DNA from: Desulfurococcaceae archaeon
GTDB lineage: Archaea > Thermoproteota > Thermoprotei_A > Sulfolobales > Desulfurococcaceae
Assembly (NCBI GenBank): GCA_038816475.1
Contig: JAWBAI010000004.1
Location: forward strand, 1 to 64,000
DNA length: 64,000 nt
Direction: 5' to 3'
Shown here: in pieces, positions 39,948 through 50,356 of the stretch
How positions within the stretch are numbered: position 1 is the stretch's first letter
Layout of the letters: every line of letters begins with the position of its first letter
Notes under the pieces: generated by a model
Databases searched by the model: none
What the model was told of the DNA's origin: nothing
What the model saw: only the letters and a program-made list of their open reading frames with translations
Made by a program: the position numbers and the translations under genes

Positions 39948-40384
39948 TAAACGATTATCGAAGCTAAGTTAGCTATCTGAGGCCATCTTTCAGCAGCTTC
40001 ACGAGCAACAGGACCTCTGATCTCAGTACCCTTAGGAGTGCCCTCGGGTGTTAGTATAACCACAGCATTGTCCTCAAAAGCCACCCATGTTCCATCCGGT
40101 CTTTTGTAAGGTCTTCTTTGCCTAATAACGATCGCCTTGAAAATCTTTTTTCTCATCTCTGGTGTTCCCTTCTTAACACTCACTACAACTAGGTCTCCGA
40201 CCCCTGCTCTGGGTACTCTCCTCAGTCTACCCCTATAGCCCGGTACACCAATTATCGTTACTTCCTTTGCACCACTATTATCAGCAACCTTTACTCTCGA
40301 CGCTACCTGTAAACCGGTGTTTATGCGTCTTCTTGAGTAAGCAGGTTTTCCCGCAACAGCTCTTTTGGCACCCATTGACAGCAC
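39947..40384 (-). CDS. rpl14: 50S ribosomal protein L14
   Basis: ADNSGAK, RQR.PY.R.DG, FEDNA.V, PKGTEI.GPVARE. Confidence 0.97.
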   Translation of the reverse strand: MLSMGAKRAVAGKPAYSRRRINTGLQVASRVKVADNSGAKEVTIIGVPGYRGRLRRVPRAGVGDLVVVSVKKGTPEMRKKIFKAIVIRQRRPYKRPDGTWVAFEDNAVVILTPEGTPKGTEIRGPVAREAAERWPQIANLASIIV

Positions 40385-40401
40385 CTCTTAACTTAACTTA
40401 C

Positions 40402-40767
40402 TTAACGCCTTTTAACTACACTCAGAACTACGAATGAAACGGTCTTAGCTAAGGGCCGTGTCTCACCGATAACAACTTCGTCTCCTTCATTAACGTCAAT
40501 GCATGGAGGAAGTCTCGCGTGTATGTTTCTTCTACGCTTCTCGTACCTCATATACTTGCTTACGTAGTGGAGATACTCGTGTTTTACTACAACAGTTCTT
40601 TGCATCTTTTTCTTTACAACTATACCCCTTAGTATAACTCCTCTAACTTTTAAATGTCCATGCCATGGACACTTAGGATCGTTACACACCTTGTTGGGTG
40701 GCTGTACGCCAGGTATTCCAACATTCCTTACTTTCGATCTTGCACTACCTGTGCTCATTCCTTTCAA
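40402..40767 (-). CDS. rps17: 30S ribosomal protein S17
   Basis: C.DPKCPWHG, KY.RYEKR, GETRPL.KT. Confidence 0.96.
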   Translation of the reverse strand: MKGMSTGSARSKVRNVGIPGVQPPNKVCNDPKCPWHGHLKVRGVILRGIVVKKKMQRTVVVKHEYLHYVSKYMRYEKRRRNIHARLPPCIDVNEGDEVVIGETRPLAKTVSFVVLSVVKRR

Positions 40768-41066
40768 CCTCTACTCGTAAGAACCTTCTTGAGTCTATCC
40801 CAGGGTCTACCAACGATCCTATCTCCTCTTAAAACTATGACGTCTCCGCTGGGAAGTTGTAACTGAAACACACCGTTGGATTTGAACACTCTTATTCGCT
40901 TACCGTTGTTCTTTTCTATTAATAGCGTCTTCATGGTTTCATCAACTATAATGCCTTCAACTCCGACCAAGGCTTGATCGGTGTATTGCAAAATCTTCAC
41001 CCTTGAGCCGATCAACTCATGATAAACTATGTTCTTAGGCGTCATCTTCACGCTAAGCCCCCTCAC
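40764..41066 (-). CDS. rnp1: RNase P protein component 1 (Rpp29/POP4)
   Basis: N...HELIG, G..G...DET, G..I.GRP..R; position between L29 and S17. Confidence 0.93.
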   Translation of the reverse strand: MRGLSVKMTPKNIVYHELIGSRVKILQYTDQALVGVEGIIVDETMKTLLIEKNNGKRIRVFKSNGVFQLQLPSGDVIVLRGDRIVGRPWDRLKKVLTSRG

Positions 41067-41280
41067 TAGTGGTTTGAGTTTGCTTTCTCCTTTCTTCGTT
41101 GATAATGGTTAATATTCTTGCTACGCTTCTTCTAGTATTTCTTATTCTTGCTGTATCCTTGAGAAGACCCATTTTAGCTTGCATTCTTAACTTTAGGAGT
41201 TCTAGTCTTAATTCTTCTAGTTTTTTAACTCTTTCCTCCGGGCTCATTTTTCTAATCTCATCCGGCTTCACTTTTAACAC
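41053..41280 (-). CDS. rpl29: 50S ribosomal protein L29
   Basis: EIR.MS..E...KL.EL..EL, IR..RR.VARILT. Confidence 0.95.
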   Translation of the reverse strand: MLKVKPDEIRKMSPEERVKKLEELRLELLKLRMQAKMGLLKDTARIRNTRRSVARILTIINEERRKQTQTTSEGA

Positions 41281-41932
41281 CTAGACCAAGCTCTTGTCTA
41301 ATTTTTTCAAGCTCATCTTTGGGTAGTTCTCTAATTGCGACCTGATCAGGCATTCTTATGCCTGGTTTGACAATCACGACTTCTACACCGTAGATACCCG
41401 GCTTTAACATGGCTTTGGCAACAGCTCTATCAACTATGTAATCAACGGGGTCTCCAACCTTGTACACCTTTCCAACCCTGATCTTCTCGTATGTTGCTCG
41501 TTCGCCTCTTAGCTTGCCACTGATGATAATTTCGCAACCAACCGCGCCTGCTTCCATTATTCTACGTGCCATGAACATCATCGCTCTTCTGAACGGTATC
41601 CCCTTCTCAAGAGCTCTTGCAAGTCTAAAGGCTACAACTCTGGCGTTTAAATCTGGATCTGCAACGGGAGAAACCGTTATACTCACGTTCTCCAGCTCGA
41701 ATCGTTTCTCTAAGACAGCAGCAATTTTCCTCAATATGGTTGCTCCTCTGCCAATGAATCTCCCCGGAAACTCCGCATAAATAACCACTCTATGACCCAG
41801 AGGGGTTTTGTATATCTCTACGTCAGCGTAACCAGCATCCTTGAAGTAATTAGCTAGAAACTCGTCAACCATTACTTTCTTTAACCCATAGCTTAGAAAG
41901 TAGCTCTTGATCTTGGGTCCTACGCCAACCAC
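41258..41932 (-). CDS. rps3: 30S ribosomal protein S3
   Basis: AGY..V.I..TPLG, PG..IGRG, FRRA, GA.G.EI.ISGKL.GERA. Confidence 0.96.
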   Translation of the reverse strand: MVGVGPKIKSYFLSYGLKKVMVDEFLANYFKDAGYADVEIYKTPLGHRVVIYAEFPGRFIGRGATILRKIAAVLEKRFELENVSITVSPVADPDLNARVVAFRLARALEKGIPFRRAMMFMARRIMEAGAVGCEIIISGKLRGERATYEKIRVGKVYKVGDPVDYIVDRAVAKAMLKPGIYGVEVVIVKPGIRMPDQVAIRELPKDELEKIRQELGLGVKSEAG

Positions 41933-41934
41933 TT

Positions 41935-42408
41935 CTAACCGACCTCTTCTACTATAATCTCCATATGCGTTGTTCTACGGAATTTAGGAGTAGCACGTCC
42001 GAACGCTCTAGGCATGTACCTCTTCAAAGTGGGTCCTTTGTGTGCAATGATATGCTTTATTACAAGTCTATTTACGTCAAGACCCTTGTTCTCAGCGTTT
42101 GCTTTCACGTTTTGCAGGAGTTCAAGGGTGTATTTGGCCCCCTTCACAGGGTATCGTCCAATAGGCCATTTGAACCTATCTGCTAACCCTCGCTTATGGC
42201 TGAGTTTACCGTGATACCTTTTAAAGGGGACTGGTTGCTTTAACCTAACAACGTCTTCCAGGAACTTAATGGCGTCTACGAGCTTCATGCCTTTTATGGT
42301 GTTAGCGATCTCTCTCATATACTTGATTGATACTGGAATATCGTATCGTACAGCCTTAGCGATTTTGGCATCCTCTCTTATTTCAACTGAGTAGTTCCAA
42401 GTTGGCAT
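41935..42408 (-). CDS. rpl22: 50S ribosomal protein L22
   Basis: VPF.RY, GRYPVK, NAE.KGLD, PRAFGRATP. Confidence 0.96.
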   Translation of the reverse strand: MPTWNYSVEIREDAKIAKAVRYDIPVSIKYMREIANTIKGMKLVDAIKFLEDVVRLKQPVPFKRYHGKLSHKRGLADRFKWPIGRYPVKGAKYTLELLQNVKANAENKGLDVNRLVIKHIIAHKGPTLKRYMPRAFGRATPKFRRTTHMEIIVEEVG

Positions 42409-42417
42409 AAACGTCGC

Positions 42418-42897
42418 CTACTTCATAGCAATAAACCTGCTGCTCTTGGTAGCTTTGAGCCCAGGCTCTCCATGTGTAACTTTCTTCGTACTTGAGCTGA
42501 ACTCGCCAAGCCTGTGTCCGATCATCTCTGGTAAGACCTTGAACTGTACGTACTCCTTGCCATTGTATACTGCAAAGGTTAATCCAACCATTTCAGGCAG
42601 AATTACCATGTCTCTCACATGCGTTTTTATAACGGTTTTCTTGGCTTTCTCGGGGTCCCTTATCACTTTTCTGATCTTTGCGAGAAGCTTAATCTGCTCC
42701 TTCGTAAAACCTCTAGTCAAGCTTCTCCGCTGTCTTGCTGGTAGAAGCTTTGCAAACTCGTCTAGAGACATTGTTAGCAACTCCTCTAGTGTTTTACCTC
42801 TGTACTTGAATCTCTTCCACTCTGGTGGTATGTCCTGCAGATGTGGAGGTAATCTCAACGGTTGCTTAGTCTGTGAAGTACTCATGTACAACGACAC
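42418..42897 (-). CDS. rps19: 30S ribosomal protein S19
   Basis: [36 protein letters not shown]. Confidence 0.96.
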   Translation of the reverse strand: MSLYMSTSQTKQPLRLPPHLQDIPPEWKRFKYRGKTLEELLTMSLDEFAKLLPARQRRSLTRGFTKEQIKLLAKIRKVIRDPEKAKKTVIKTHVRDMVILPEMVGLTFAVYNGKEYVQFKVLPEMIGHRLGEFSSSTKKVTHGEPGLKATKSSRFIAMK

Positions 42898-42938
42898 CTC
42901 TGAATAAGCACGTATTCTTCTTTAACCTCTAGTTCAAA

Positions 42939-42952
42939 AAGCTTATATCTTG
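42939..42952 (-). promoter_or_regulatory. internal TATA-like promoter upstream of rps19
   Basis: AGATATAAGC on the minus strand in the rpl2-rps19 gap. Confidence 0.4.
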
Positions 42953-42983
42953 CAATAGGTAATAAAGCAGACACTGATAACAC

Positions 42984-43706
42984 CTACCGAACTTTTCCAC
43001 GTTTTCTACCTGTTCTTCTCGCTGCGATGTGTCCAACTTTTCTTCCGGGGGGCGTTGTCCTAGCCACTGTTGTTGGTCTACCAACATGTCTACCACCTCC
43101 ATGCGGGTGAGATACTGGGTTCATTGCTACACCTCTTACTCTAGGCCACCAGTAGCTTTTCGCCTTCCACTTGTAGTAAGCTGCACCTGCTTTTAGCAGA
43201 GGCTTCTCAAGTCTTCCTCCTCCGGCTATTACCCCTATCATAGCTCTCGCCTGACTTGAAACTTCGATCACCTTACCGCTGGGTAGTTGAACCTTTACCT
43301 TATCCCCGGATTTTCCTAGTACTATACCGTAGGCTCCACTGGCTCTAGCATATCTGCCACCGTCTCCGTAGATCTTCTCGATGTTCGACACTTGTGCTCC
43401 CTCTGGTATCATGCCTATAGGTAGAATGTTACCATTAGCCACTCTTGCGCTTGGCCCTATTTCTATTATCTGTCCCTTGTACATTCCTTCAACGGCTGGT
43501 GCATAGAACACTTCTCCACTTTCAAGCTCTACTTCTGCCAAAGGCACCCATCTACCAGGGTCGTGAATAAGTTCTTTAATTACGGCTTTGTACGTTTTGT
43601 TTGGATCGAGTAAAGGATACCTGGCTGGAGCTATGTGCAAATGGTCGGGTGTTCTCCAAGTTGGTGATCCTCTACCACGTCTTTGTACTATTATTCTCTT
43701 ACCCAC
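42984..43706 (-). CDS. rpl2: 50S ribosomal protein L2
   Basis: MGKRI..QRRGRG, HDPGR, WP.VRGVAMN...HPHGGG, PPG.KVG.IAARRTG. Confidence 0.97.
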   Translation of the reverse strand: MGKRIIVQRRGRGSPTWRTPDHLHIAPARYPLLDPNKTYKAVIKELIHDPGRWVPLAEVELESGEVFYAPAVEGMYKGQIIEIGPSARVANGNILPIGMIPEGAQVSNIEKIYGDGGRYARASGAYGIVLGKSGDKVKVQLPSGKVIEVSSQARAMIGVIAGGGRLEKPLLKAGAAYYKWKAKSYWWPRVRGVAMNPVSHPHGGGRHVGRPTTVARTTPPGRKVGHIAARRTGRKRGKVR

Positions 43707-43721
43707 TCTGGATCACCACCA

Positions 43722-44003
43722 CTACATTATACCAAGCTTTGTTGCTACTTCGGATGCTTTGAATTCTGGCGATAGTTTTACGTAAGCTTTCTTCTCGCCG
43801 GTTGCAGTTATTAATGTTCTAACACTTTCAACCTTTACTCCGAATAGAGCTTCAACAGCTCTTTTAATGTCGTGTTTTGTTGCGTTTATATCAACTATAA
43901 ATGTAAGCGTGTTCTGCTTATCTATGAGCCACAAGGCTTTCTCTGTTTGAAGAGGTCTTAGGATAATTCTTAGGTATCTTTTCTCCTCACTATCTGCTGT
44001 CAT
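43722..44003 (-). CDS. rpl23: 50S ribosomal protein L23
   Basis: [27 protein letters not shown]. Confidence 0.96.
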   Translation of the reverse strand: MTADSEEKRYLRIILRPLQTEKALWLIDKQNTLTFIVDINATKHDIKRAVEALFGVKVESVRTLITATGEKKAYVKLSPEFKASEVATKLGIM

Positions 44004-44833
44004 ATGTAGATCACCTCGTACTTCTTTGCGATCTTTTCCAGCGCAGGCAGTGTTATGACAGTAAGACGTCCGGGCACTCCTCCTGGTGCTAAGTGTAGAA
44101 TACTTAGATTACTTGGTGTTGCGATATCTACGCCGGGCAGATTTCTTACGGCTTTAGCAAAGGGTGTTAGGTAGCTGGATAGTATGAAGAGAACACTCCT
44201 TGGCTCAGTGTACCTTCTTCCCCTCATTTTTCCTTTTCCAGCTCTTATTCTAATTCTATCGTAGCTTCTCTCGATGTCCGTCCAGACGCCTATCTTCTCC
44301 AGGTAGTACTTAACATCCTTTGTTCTAGCGTAGGCTGTTTCAACAGCATCTTCAACTACAACTGGTAGCTTATCAACTGTAAAGACATGTCCACGTTCTC
44401 TGACGATATTTACTCTCGCTGTAGCGGCTAATGCTGAAATAATTGCACTAATTCTCTCCTGTTTGTTCACTTCTTCGTGTATATTCCTATCAGGTCTTGG
44501 AGGAAACGCTAATCTTCCTTTTCGTGCAAACGGCACGAATCGAGCTGTACCATCAGGTAACCTTGGAACACGTGATAACCCGTATCCTACACCCCAAAAT
44601 CTGGCCGTTGTCCTTTTGCCTGCGAGAGGATCTCTACCCTTTGGTTGCAGCATAGCGGTGAATGCTGAAAGGAAAGCACGGTTTATGATGTCTTTTCTTA
44701 CTGGGTAGTAGAATATGCTAGGTAGCTCTATTTCTTTGATTACATTACCGTTCACGTCGAACAAATACGCAGTGAGCTTCTCAACTTCTAACCGTGGATC
44801 TTTAATCGCAACTACGGGCTTCACTTTTACCAC
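44000..44833 (-). CDS. rpl4: 50S ribosomal protein L4
   Basis: [39 protein letters not shown]. Confidence 0.96.
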   Translation of the reverse strand: MVKVKPVVAIKDPRLEVEKLTAYLFDVNGNVIKEIELPSIFYYPVRKDIINRAFLSAFTAMLQPKGRDPLAGKRTTARFWGVGYGLSRVPRLPDGTARFVPFARKGRLAFPPRPDRNIHEEVNKQERISAIISALAATARVNIVRERGHVFTVDKLPVVVEDAVETAYARTKDVKYYLEKIGVWTDIERSYDRIRIRAGKGKMRGRRYTEPRSVLFILSSYLTPFAKAVRNLPGVDIATPSNLSILHLAPGGVPGRLTVITLPALEKIAKKYEVIYI

Positions 44834-46027
44834 CTAAGCACCTTGTTTACTCTCTAAGCTCAAGTAGACTATTTTAGGCGCTGAGATCGGTATCCACTTG
44901 TGCGGAGGCCTTATCGGATGCCTTAGTATAAGTAACCTCTTAGCTGGTCCTATGGTTGAATCCTTCAGAAGTATGTATGGACCGTATATTAGACCATAAT
45001 GTAGGAAACCACCTTTCACTACAACCTCAGGACCAAATGTACCGATTTTTACAATCCTCTTGTTAAACTCCGTTCTCCTGTGGAAGCCCATTTGACCAGC
45101 TTGCGGCACCTCGCTCATAGAGTAGGTGAACGCTGGACCTCTAGTTCCAACCTTTCTACTGCCTTTTCTGTGTTTATGCCACCTCGGGAGTTCCTTAACG
45201 CCGAACCTTTTTATTACCCCCTGGAACCCGTGACCCTTCGTAACACCTATTACATCCACGAACTGACCTTCGAGAAACACGTCGTATGGTGTAAGGTAGG
45301 AACCTAGTATGGACTCCGCATACTTTACGACTTCGTCTAGGTTTCCGCCGTGTATTTTCACCTCGAGTATTTCTGCCTTCTTCTTGCCGATACCGGATAA
45401 TGGGGGTACCGTAGTGACAATCGCTCTTACCTCTACTATATCCCCACTTAACACCTTCTTAAGATCCTCTTCGCTAGATTCAGCGACGAACTTATAACCG
45501 AGTTCACTGCTAGGGTCAGGTTTTACAAGGCCGTGGTTAACCTTCCTAAGTCCGTGAAGATACTTTCTAGCTACCTCCTTTGGACTGAGGGTCCATAGTG
45601 GATTACTTGAATAAAAGGTTTCTGTAGCCTTAATTAGCGCATCAACGGGGTTTCTCCAGGCTTCGCCCATGGTTTTTAAGTAACCGTTCTCATCTCGGGC
45701 ATATGTTCTAATACCAACAACTAGTATAGGAGGAGCATCAAGTACCGTTATAGGTACAAATACCTCCTTACCTGTGAACGGGGTGTTTGGTCTATCTTCA
45801 ATTATGATAGCATGGGTCATTCCAGCCTTGTAGACCGGGTAAGCAAGCAGAAGAGGTTTACTCGAGATGTTCCTCTCAAGAGCTTCTTTGCTGTACTTTT
45901 CAACTACGATATCAAACCAGCTGGTTTCAGGCCAACTTTTAATTCGAGGTGTAAGTTCTTCCGCTCTCTTGCGTGGTCTTACTCCTAGACTTCCATGTCT
46001 TGGAGCACTTAACTTCCTATGGCCCAA
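44834..46027 (-). CDS. rpl3: 50S ribosomal protein L3 (TTG start; long, with insertions)
   Basis: PRHGSLG..PRKRA, YKAGMTH, TKG.GFQG...[16 protein letters not shown]. Confidence 0.96.
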   Translation of the reverse strand: MGHRKLSAPRHGSLGVRPRKRAEELTPRIKSWPETSWFDIVVEKYSKEALERNISSKPLLLAYPVYKAGMTHAIIIEDRPNTPFTGKEVFVPITVLDAPPILVVGIRTYARDENGYLKTMGEAWRNPVDALIKATETFYSSNPLWTLSPKEVARKYLHGLRKVNHGLVKPDPSSELGYKFVAESSEEDLKKVLSGDIVEVRAIVTTVPPLSGIGKKKAEILEVKIHGGNLDEVVKYAESILGSYLTPYDVFLEGQFVDVIGVTKGHGFQGVIKRFGVKELPRWHKHRKGSRKVGTRGPAFTYSMSEVPQAGQMGFHRRTEFNKRIVKIGTFGPEVVVKGGFLHYGLIYGPYILLKDSTIGPAKRLLILRHPIRPPHKWIPISAPKIVYLSLESKQGA

Positions 46028-46103
46028 GCTAAGTCACCATGATAAGCATACTACCTATCTACTAAACGTGAGTACCTTTTATACTCCACAACGAAACAGA
46101 TTC

Positions 46104-46940
46104 CTATATACCTTTTAAGTATATGTTCACTATTGCGAGAGTTATTATGAGAGCTTCCTCTGTTCTAACCGTGGCGACTTTTTGCTCTGGAACAGTGTTC
46201 CAGATGAAGTCAGCGTAGTCTTGTATCCTGAAGTGTTCTTGCTCGGATAGCTCAAACAGATCGTACTTAGGACTACCGAACAGTATTAGCAAGTCGCGTC
46301 CTCTCATCCCCTCGACCTCGTGAAGCGTGGGAACAGAGCCTTTTCTGTCTGTGACTATAATGTAATCAACTATTCCACGATACCTGGTTACAGTCTCTTT
46401 TAAACTGCTCGTGGAAGCTAGTACGGGACCTCTATAGACCTCTTTGTCTAGGCATACAGCTTCCCGGTTTTCACTGCTTATTACCTTAACAAGGACTACA
46501 CTGTTTACTTTACTGCATTCTCCGATTATTTTAAAGGGTTCTATGCTTCCTAAGTGGGCTTTCAGCTCACCATTACTACCCCGGAATACGTATGCTAATC
46601 TCTCTTCACCTGAAATGGGTTTTCTGCTAACGTTAAACACGTTTAACCTTATAGGTGGCAACATACCAGCATATTTCAATTCAGGTGAGAGAGGTACCAG
46701 TATTTTACGTAGATAAGGAGGTGTAAACAGGTATTTCCAGTGCTCTCGTATAATACGCAGATGTTCGTTGAATTCTTCAGTACTTGTTGAAAAATCTTTG
46801 TAGAACACTACCTCGCTTACTCCGAATATCGAGGTCCATCTGGCTACCTGATGAACTCTAAAAGACTTCTGTATAAGAGAAGGTTCAACGCTTAATATAC
46901 TACTCGGTAGTGCAACGCGAATTCTCGTTTTTACCATCAA
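46104..46940 (-). CDS. SPOUT-class RNA methyltransferase (DUF171/C9orf114-like)
   Basis: AR...IFGV, Y..TPPYLRK, L.YAG.LPP, FGSP, N..P.Q...TVRTEEA; conserved position upstream of rpl3. Confidence 0.88.
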   Translation of the reverse strand: MMVKTRIRVALPSSILSVEPSLIQKSFRVHQVARWTSIFGVSEVVFYKDFSTSTEEFNEHLRIIREHWKYLFTPPYLRKILVPLSPELKYAGMLPPIRLNVFNVSRKPISGEERLAYVFRGSNGELKAHLGSIEPFKIIGECSKVNSVVLVKVISSENREAVCLDKEVYRGPVLASTSSLKETVTRYRGIVDYIIVTDRKGSVPTLHEVEGMRGRDLLILFGSPKYDLFELSEQEHFRIQDYADFIWNTVPEQKVATVRTEEALIITLAIVNIYLKGI

Positions 46941-46964
46941 CTACACACTGCGGATACGCTTGTT

Positions 46965-47099
46965 CTACTTTTTCTCCTCACTTTTCTGCTGCTTGGACTT
47001 TTCCTTGGCTTTTTCTCTGATCTCCTTTGATCTCTCTTCCTCTGTTTTCTTAGTGGTCTCCTTCATCATGAATATGGTTGTCTTCTGCCTACCACCCAT
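46965..47099 (-). CDS. small, highly charged hypothetical protein (44 aa, not in ORF track)
   Basis: MGGRQKTTIFMMKETTKKTEEERSKEIREKAKEKSKQQKSEEKK; GGTGA SD (47106-47110) and GTATAAAA TATA (47150-47157) upstream. Confidence 0.65.
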   Translation of the reverse strand: MGGRQKTTIFMMKETTKKTEEERSKEIREKAKEKSKQQKSEEKK

Positions 47100-47161
47100 A
47101 CAGTTTCACCTGTTTCTATTTTCGTTAAAAACAATACAGAGTAATCCAGTTTTATACCTGC

Positions 47162-48814
47162 TTAGCGCTTTTGCAGAGTTCTAAGTTTTAGTGGAGTATG
47201 AATGTTCAGCACCTTAGCATTCTTTAGGACAGCGTTAACGTATATAGCTTCACCTACGCTCAGCTTAGATAACACTGATGCCAGTTCCGGCTTTATTCCG
47301 AGTATTTTCCTCACTTTGTCCAGATACTCCTCGTTCTTAGACCCGAAGACTAGTATGTTATAGATGTTCTCCAGTATTTCGTTAGGGAAGTCTTCGGGAC
47401 CTTGGGAGGATACCACTACGCCCAACTTTCTACTCCTACCCTCACGGACGATCTCTAGTAGTGTCTTCAATTTGAGTATTCTCCATGCATCGTCTACTAG
47501 CAGGAGGAGACCCTTCTCGCTGCTTTCTCTAAGTAATAGATGCCTCACTATTCCGAGAAGTAGCGATGCATATGTGTTCTGGAAAGTTGTACCTCTACCT
47601 TCGAGGTTTATTAAAACGAGCGCGTTGCCTCGTGCTAGGTGCTTTTTAATCCACTCGTAATCCGTGTTTACTTCAATGAACTCTACGAATGGTATAATAA
47701 CGGATGCGGAAGGATTCTTTGAAGCCTCCTTTGGGTCTCTCTCCACGACAACTAATGCTTTTAGAACAATCTCGGGACTTATTCCACCAGCGTGAGATAA
47801 GGATTCTACGACAACCCCTCTCCAGCTCATGTACTCAATACCTGGAGGAGGATTTAAGATGTTTATTGGTGCATTATCCGGGGTGAGAACAGGTATAAGT
47901 TCATCCGAGATGTAATGACGAAGATCACCCTTAAAGTCTATGATAACAACATCTGAAAACCCCTCCGAGACAACCTGCTCTACTAGAGACGCTAGTAGTG
48001 TGGATTTTCCTCTCCCAGTTGGACCAATAACGGCTATGTGGTGATACAAGTACTTAAGTTGGAGAACAACGGGATGCATAGTGCTCTTCTCGAAACCTAT
48101 CAGAATTCCGGGTTCATCGATCATGGGTTTGTCTAGTGTTACCGGTTGAAAATACGAAAGCCTATCTGCTTCGATGTGAATGCTTGATAACTCTGTTTTT
48201 GCATTTAAACCAAGAACACTGAGAATGAACGAAGCTATTTCACTATAACCCGCTCTTTCAAGTCGGAGTCCAAAACTGTTCTTAAAAACAGACGTAACAA
48301 TCGACTCGTAGTAGTCAGCCATGCTCTTGGCTGTACTTTTATCTTTTGCATCAATTCTAAACACTACAGCAAGTGATATCTTTAGAAAAGGTTTGCCTTC
48401 AATTATAGCATGATACAAGGTCTTCAGCTTATCAAGCTTAACTCTAAGTTTAAGTTTTTCTGTTTCACTCTGAACGAGTTCGAGGTCAGCTTGCGTATTC
48501 AATATAGAGTTCTTGAGATTCTTTAGATATCTATCCAGGTCGAACTCCTCCTTGTAAAGATACAAGTGAACACTCGATGGCAAGGACTTGAGCAGAGCTA
48601 CGTATTCCTCAAATATGGTTTTACTGCGTTCACTCAGAAGTTCTTCAACATCATACTCTGTATCTCTGCATATGAGTATTCTGCTTAAAACAACTCCGCT
48701 AGGGTATTGAATAATCAAGTCCGGGGGATCTACCTCAACATTCCTTATTTTTAATTGTATAATTTTGAACCCTAACTCTGTTAAAAACTTAGCGAGGAGC
48801 TTCACGGTTATCAA
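47162..48814 (-). CDS. cedB: CedB-like VirB4/HerA-family ATPase of the crenarchaeal DNA import system
   Basis: HIAVIGPTGRGKS, IIDFKGD, LLVDDAW, REGRSR, SSQ; directly downstream of cedA1-cedA-cedA2. Confidence 0.8.
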   Translation of the reverse strand: MITVKLLAKFLTELGFKIIQLKIRNVEVDPPDLIIQYPSGVVLSRILICRDTEYDVEELLSERSKTIFEEYVALLKSLPSSVHLYLYKEEFDLDRYLKNLKNSILNTQADLELVQSETEKLKLRVKLDKLKTLYHAIIEGKPFLKISLAVVFRIDAKDKSTAKSMADYYESIVTSVFKNSFGLRLERAGYSEIASFILSVLGLNAKTELSSIHIEADRLSYFQPVTLDKPMIDEPGILIGFEKSTMHPVVLQLKYLYHHIAVIGPTGRGKSTLLASLVEQVVSEGFSDVVIIDFKGDLRHYISDELIPVLTPDNAPINILNPPPGIEYMSWRGVVVESLSHAGGISPEIVLKALVVVERDPKEASKNPSASVIIPFVEFIEVNTDYEWIKKHLARGNALVLINLEGRGTTFQNTYASLLLGIVRHLLLRESSEKGLLLLVDDAWRILKLKTLLEIVREGRSRKLGVVVSSQGPEDFPNEILENIYNILVFGSKNEEYLDKVRKILGIKPELASVLSKLSVGEAIYVNAVLKNAKVLNIHTPLKLRTLQKR

Positions 48815-48962
48815 CCTCCTTGTGAATAAGTATTAGTACCGTAAGAAACACTGCAGATAGTATTAAGTAGAGTATATCACCAGTAAAGTAGTACTCGATT
48901 GTACCATACGTAGCAACTATCGACATGACTAGTAGTTTAACAACATTGGTTTTCCTACTCAT
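48789..48962 (-). CDS. cedA2: CedA2-like small 2-TM protein (57 aa, not in ORF track)
   Basis: MSRKTNVVKLLVMSIVATYGTIEYYFTGDILYLILSAVFLTVLILIHKEVDNREAPR; ATGA overlap with the cedA stop; named by position. Confidence 0.7.
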   Translation of the reverse strand: MSRKTNVVKLLVMSIVATYGTIEYYFTGDILYLILSAVFLTVLILIHKEVDNREAPR

Positions 48963-50353
48963 AAATTACCAGCCGCCAACCTCATAATCGTACTAGAGTA
49001 TCCGCCGAGTAACCTTGCTACACTTATGGAGATCGCGATGAGAATACCCATGTAGATCATGGGAAGTAGTACCAGCTCGATGAAGCCATACACAGCGTAT
49101 ACAAATAAAGCCTCAGGTGAGAACACATCCACTTCCACAGCTTTCAGTATGAAAGGCTCTATGGCTACGTTTATTGGTGTGGTCTTGTAGAAGTCCAGGA
49201 CTATGGTTAAGTTGTAAGTGCCCGGATTTATTGAAATCTCGTAGATGGAGTACCAGACACCATACCATTCTCCTATTCTTCTACTTGGACTTGGAATAAC
49301 AGTGTTGTTTAAGTAAATTGTAACACCATCTTCACTTTCCGTGTATATTTCTATAGAACCATCTACACCCGTGTGTAGCTGTACCTGAACAACTCTATCG
49401 GCTCTCTCCACTCTTAGTATTGTTATATTAGAGCTAAAGAACACGAATCTATTGGGGGCAAGGAATACTCCATCCACAACTTGGTATGTTCTGTTCATAG
49501 GCTCCTCATTACTTCTTCTGAAGGTTGCTATGTATGTGTTATTGGCTATATCAAATACGATCGTGTGGTTTCTACACGGAAACCCCAAACCAGCTGAAAC
49601 AACAAGTTCACCTTGCTCATTAAGTTTGTACTTGTAAAGTAACTCTCCTGTTCTAGAATCATAACCTTCAATTACAGCAGGACCCATGGAAGTCCTAGAA
49701 GCATCCACTAATCTAAGACTAGCCGTACACACTGGCTCCTTGTACCTCAGTGGTGGTTGAACACCGCTAATGATCAGAGACGAAAAGGCGGGCATAAGTG
49801 GTATTCCTAGAATAAACACTATTGCGAAGGATAGTATCGTTGATCCAACGCTCCTGGTTAATTTGAATGGAACAGCGTGTAATACGAGCCCTAGAGCCAT
49901 TAGTAGTTTAAAAGACGTGAATAGAACAGTTGCTATTACTAGAATAAATAGGAGCATCATATAGGATGATGTAACCAAATTGGTTATCGGAGTTAAAATA
50001 ACTGAGGTAATAAACCTGAAACCTAGTTTATCTAAAGCAATACCTAGAGCCTTGAGAACTGCCAGAAGGTTTGTGATCATGGATAACCTGTCTGTTAACC
50101 AGTAGCCGAACGCGATCCAATCACTACCTAGTACACGTCCCAAGTATTCCATTAACCGAAATATCAAGTTGTATGAGAACACCAGAGTCGCAGAGAATAA
50201 TCCATCGGCAACTAGACTTCTACCTAGCTTCTTAATGCTAATAAACGGCAGAGGCAAAGCTTTTAGTAGAAGACCTAAGCAGTAAGATAGTACAGAGAGA
50301 TAGAATGCCAAAGTTAGCAAGTCCATTAAAAACAGCACCGTTTCTGTGAACAA
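48959..50353 (-). CDS. cedA: CedA DNA import channel (VirB6-like polytopic membrane protein)
   Basis: Y.LG.LL..LP.P...IK..G..L..DG, G..W..F..WL, LG..L..VPF...R..G, GIPLMP.F. Confidence 0.85.
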   Translation of the reverse strand: MFTETVLFLMDLLTLAFYLSVLSYCLGLLLKALPLPFISIKKLGRSLVADGLFSATLVFSYNLIFRLMEYLGRVLGSDWIAFGYWLTDRLSMITNLLAVLKALGIALDKLGFRFITSVILTPITNLVTSSYMMLLFILVIATVLFTSFKLLMALGLVLHAVPFKLTRSVGSTILSFAIVFILGIPLMPAFSSLIISGVQPPLRYKEPVCTASLRLVDASRTSMGPAVIEGYDSRTGELLYKYKLNEQGELVVSAGLGFPCRNHTIVFDIANNTYIATFRRSNEEPMNRTYQVVDGVFLAPNRFVFFSSNITILRVERADRVVQVQLHTGVDGSIEIYTESEDGVTIYLNNTVIPSPSRRIGEWYGVWYSIYEISINPGTYNLTIVLDFYKTTPINVAIEPFILKAVEVDVFSPEALFVYAVYGFIELVLLPMIYMGILIAISISVARLLGGYSSTIMRLAAGNL

Positions 50354-50356
50354 GTG

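Noticed and set aside
46960-47184. 74-aa Phe/Leu/Ser-rich plus-strand ORF
   Set aside because: Antisense shadow of the K/E-rich 44-aa minus-strand ORF, which has SD and TATA
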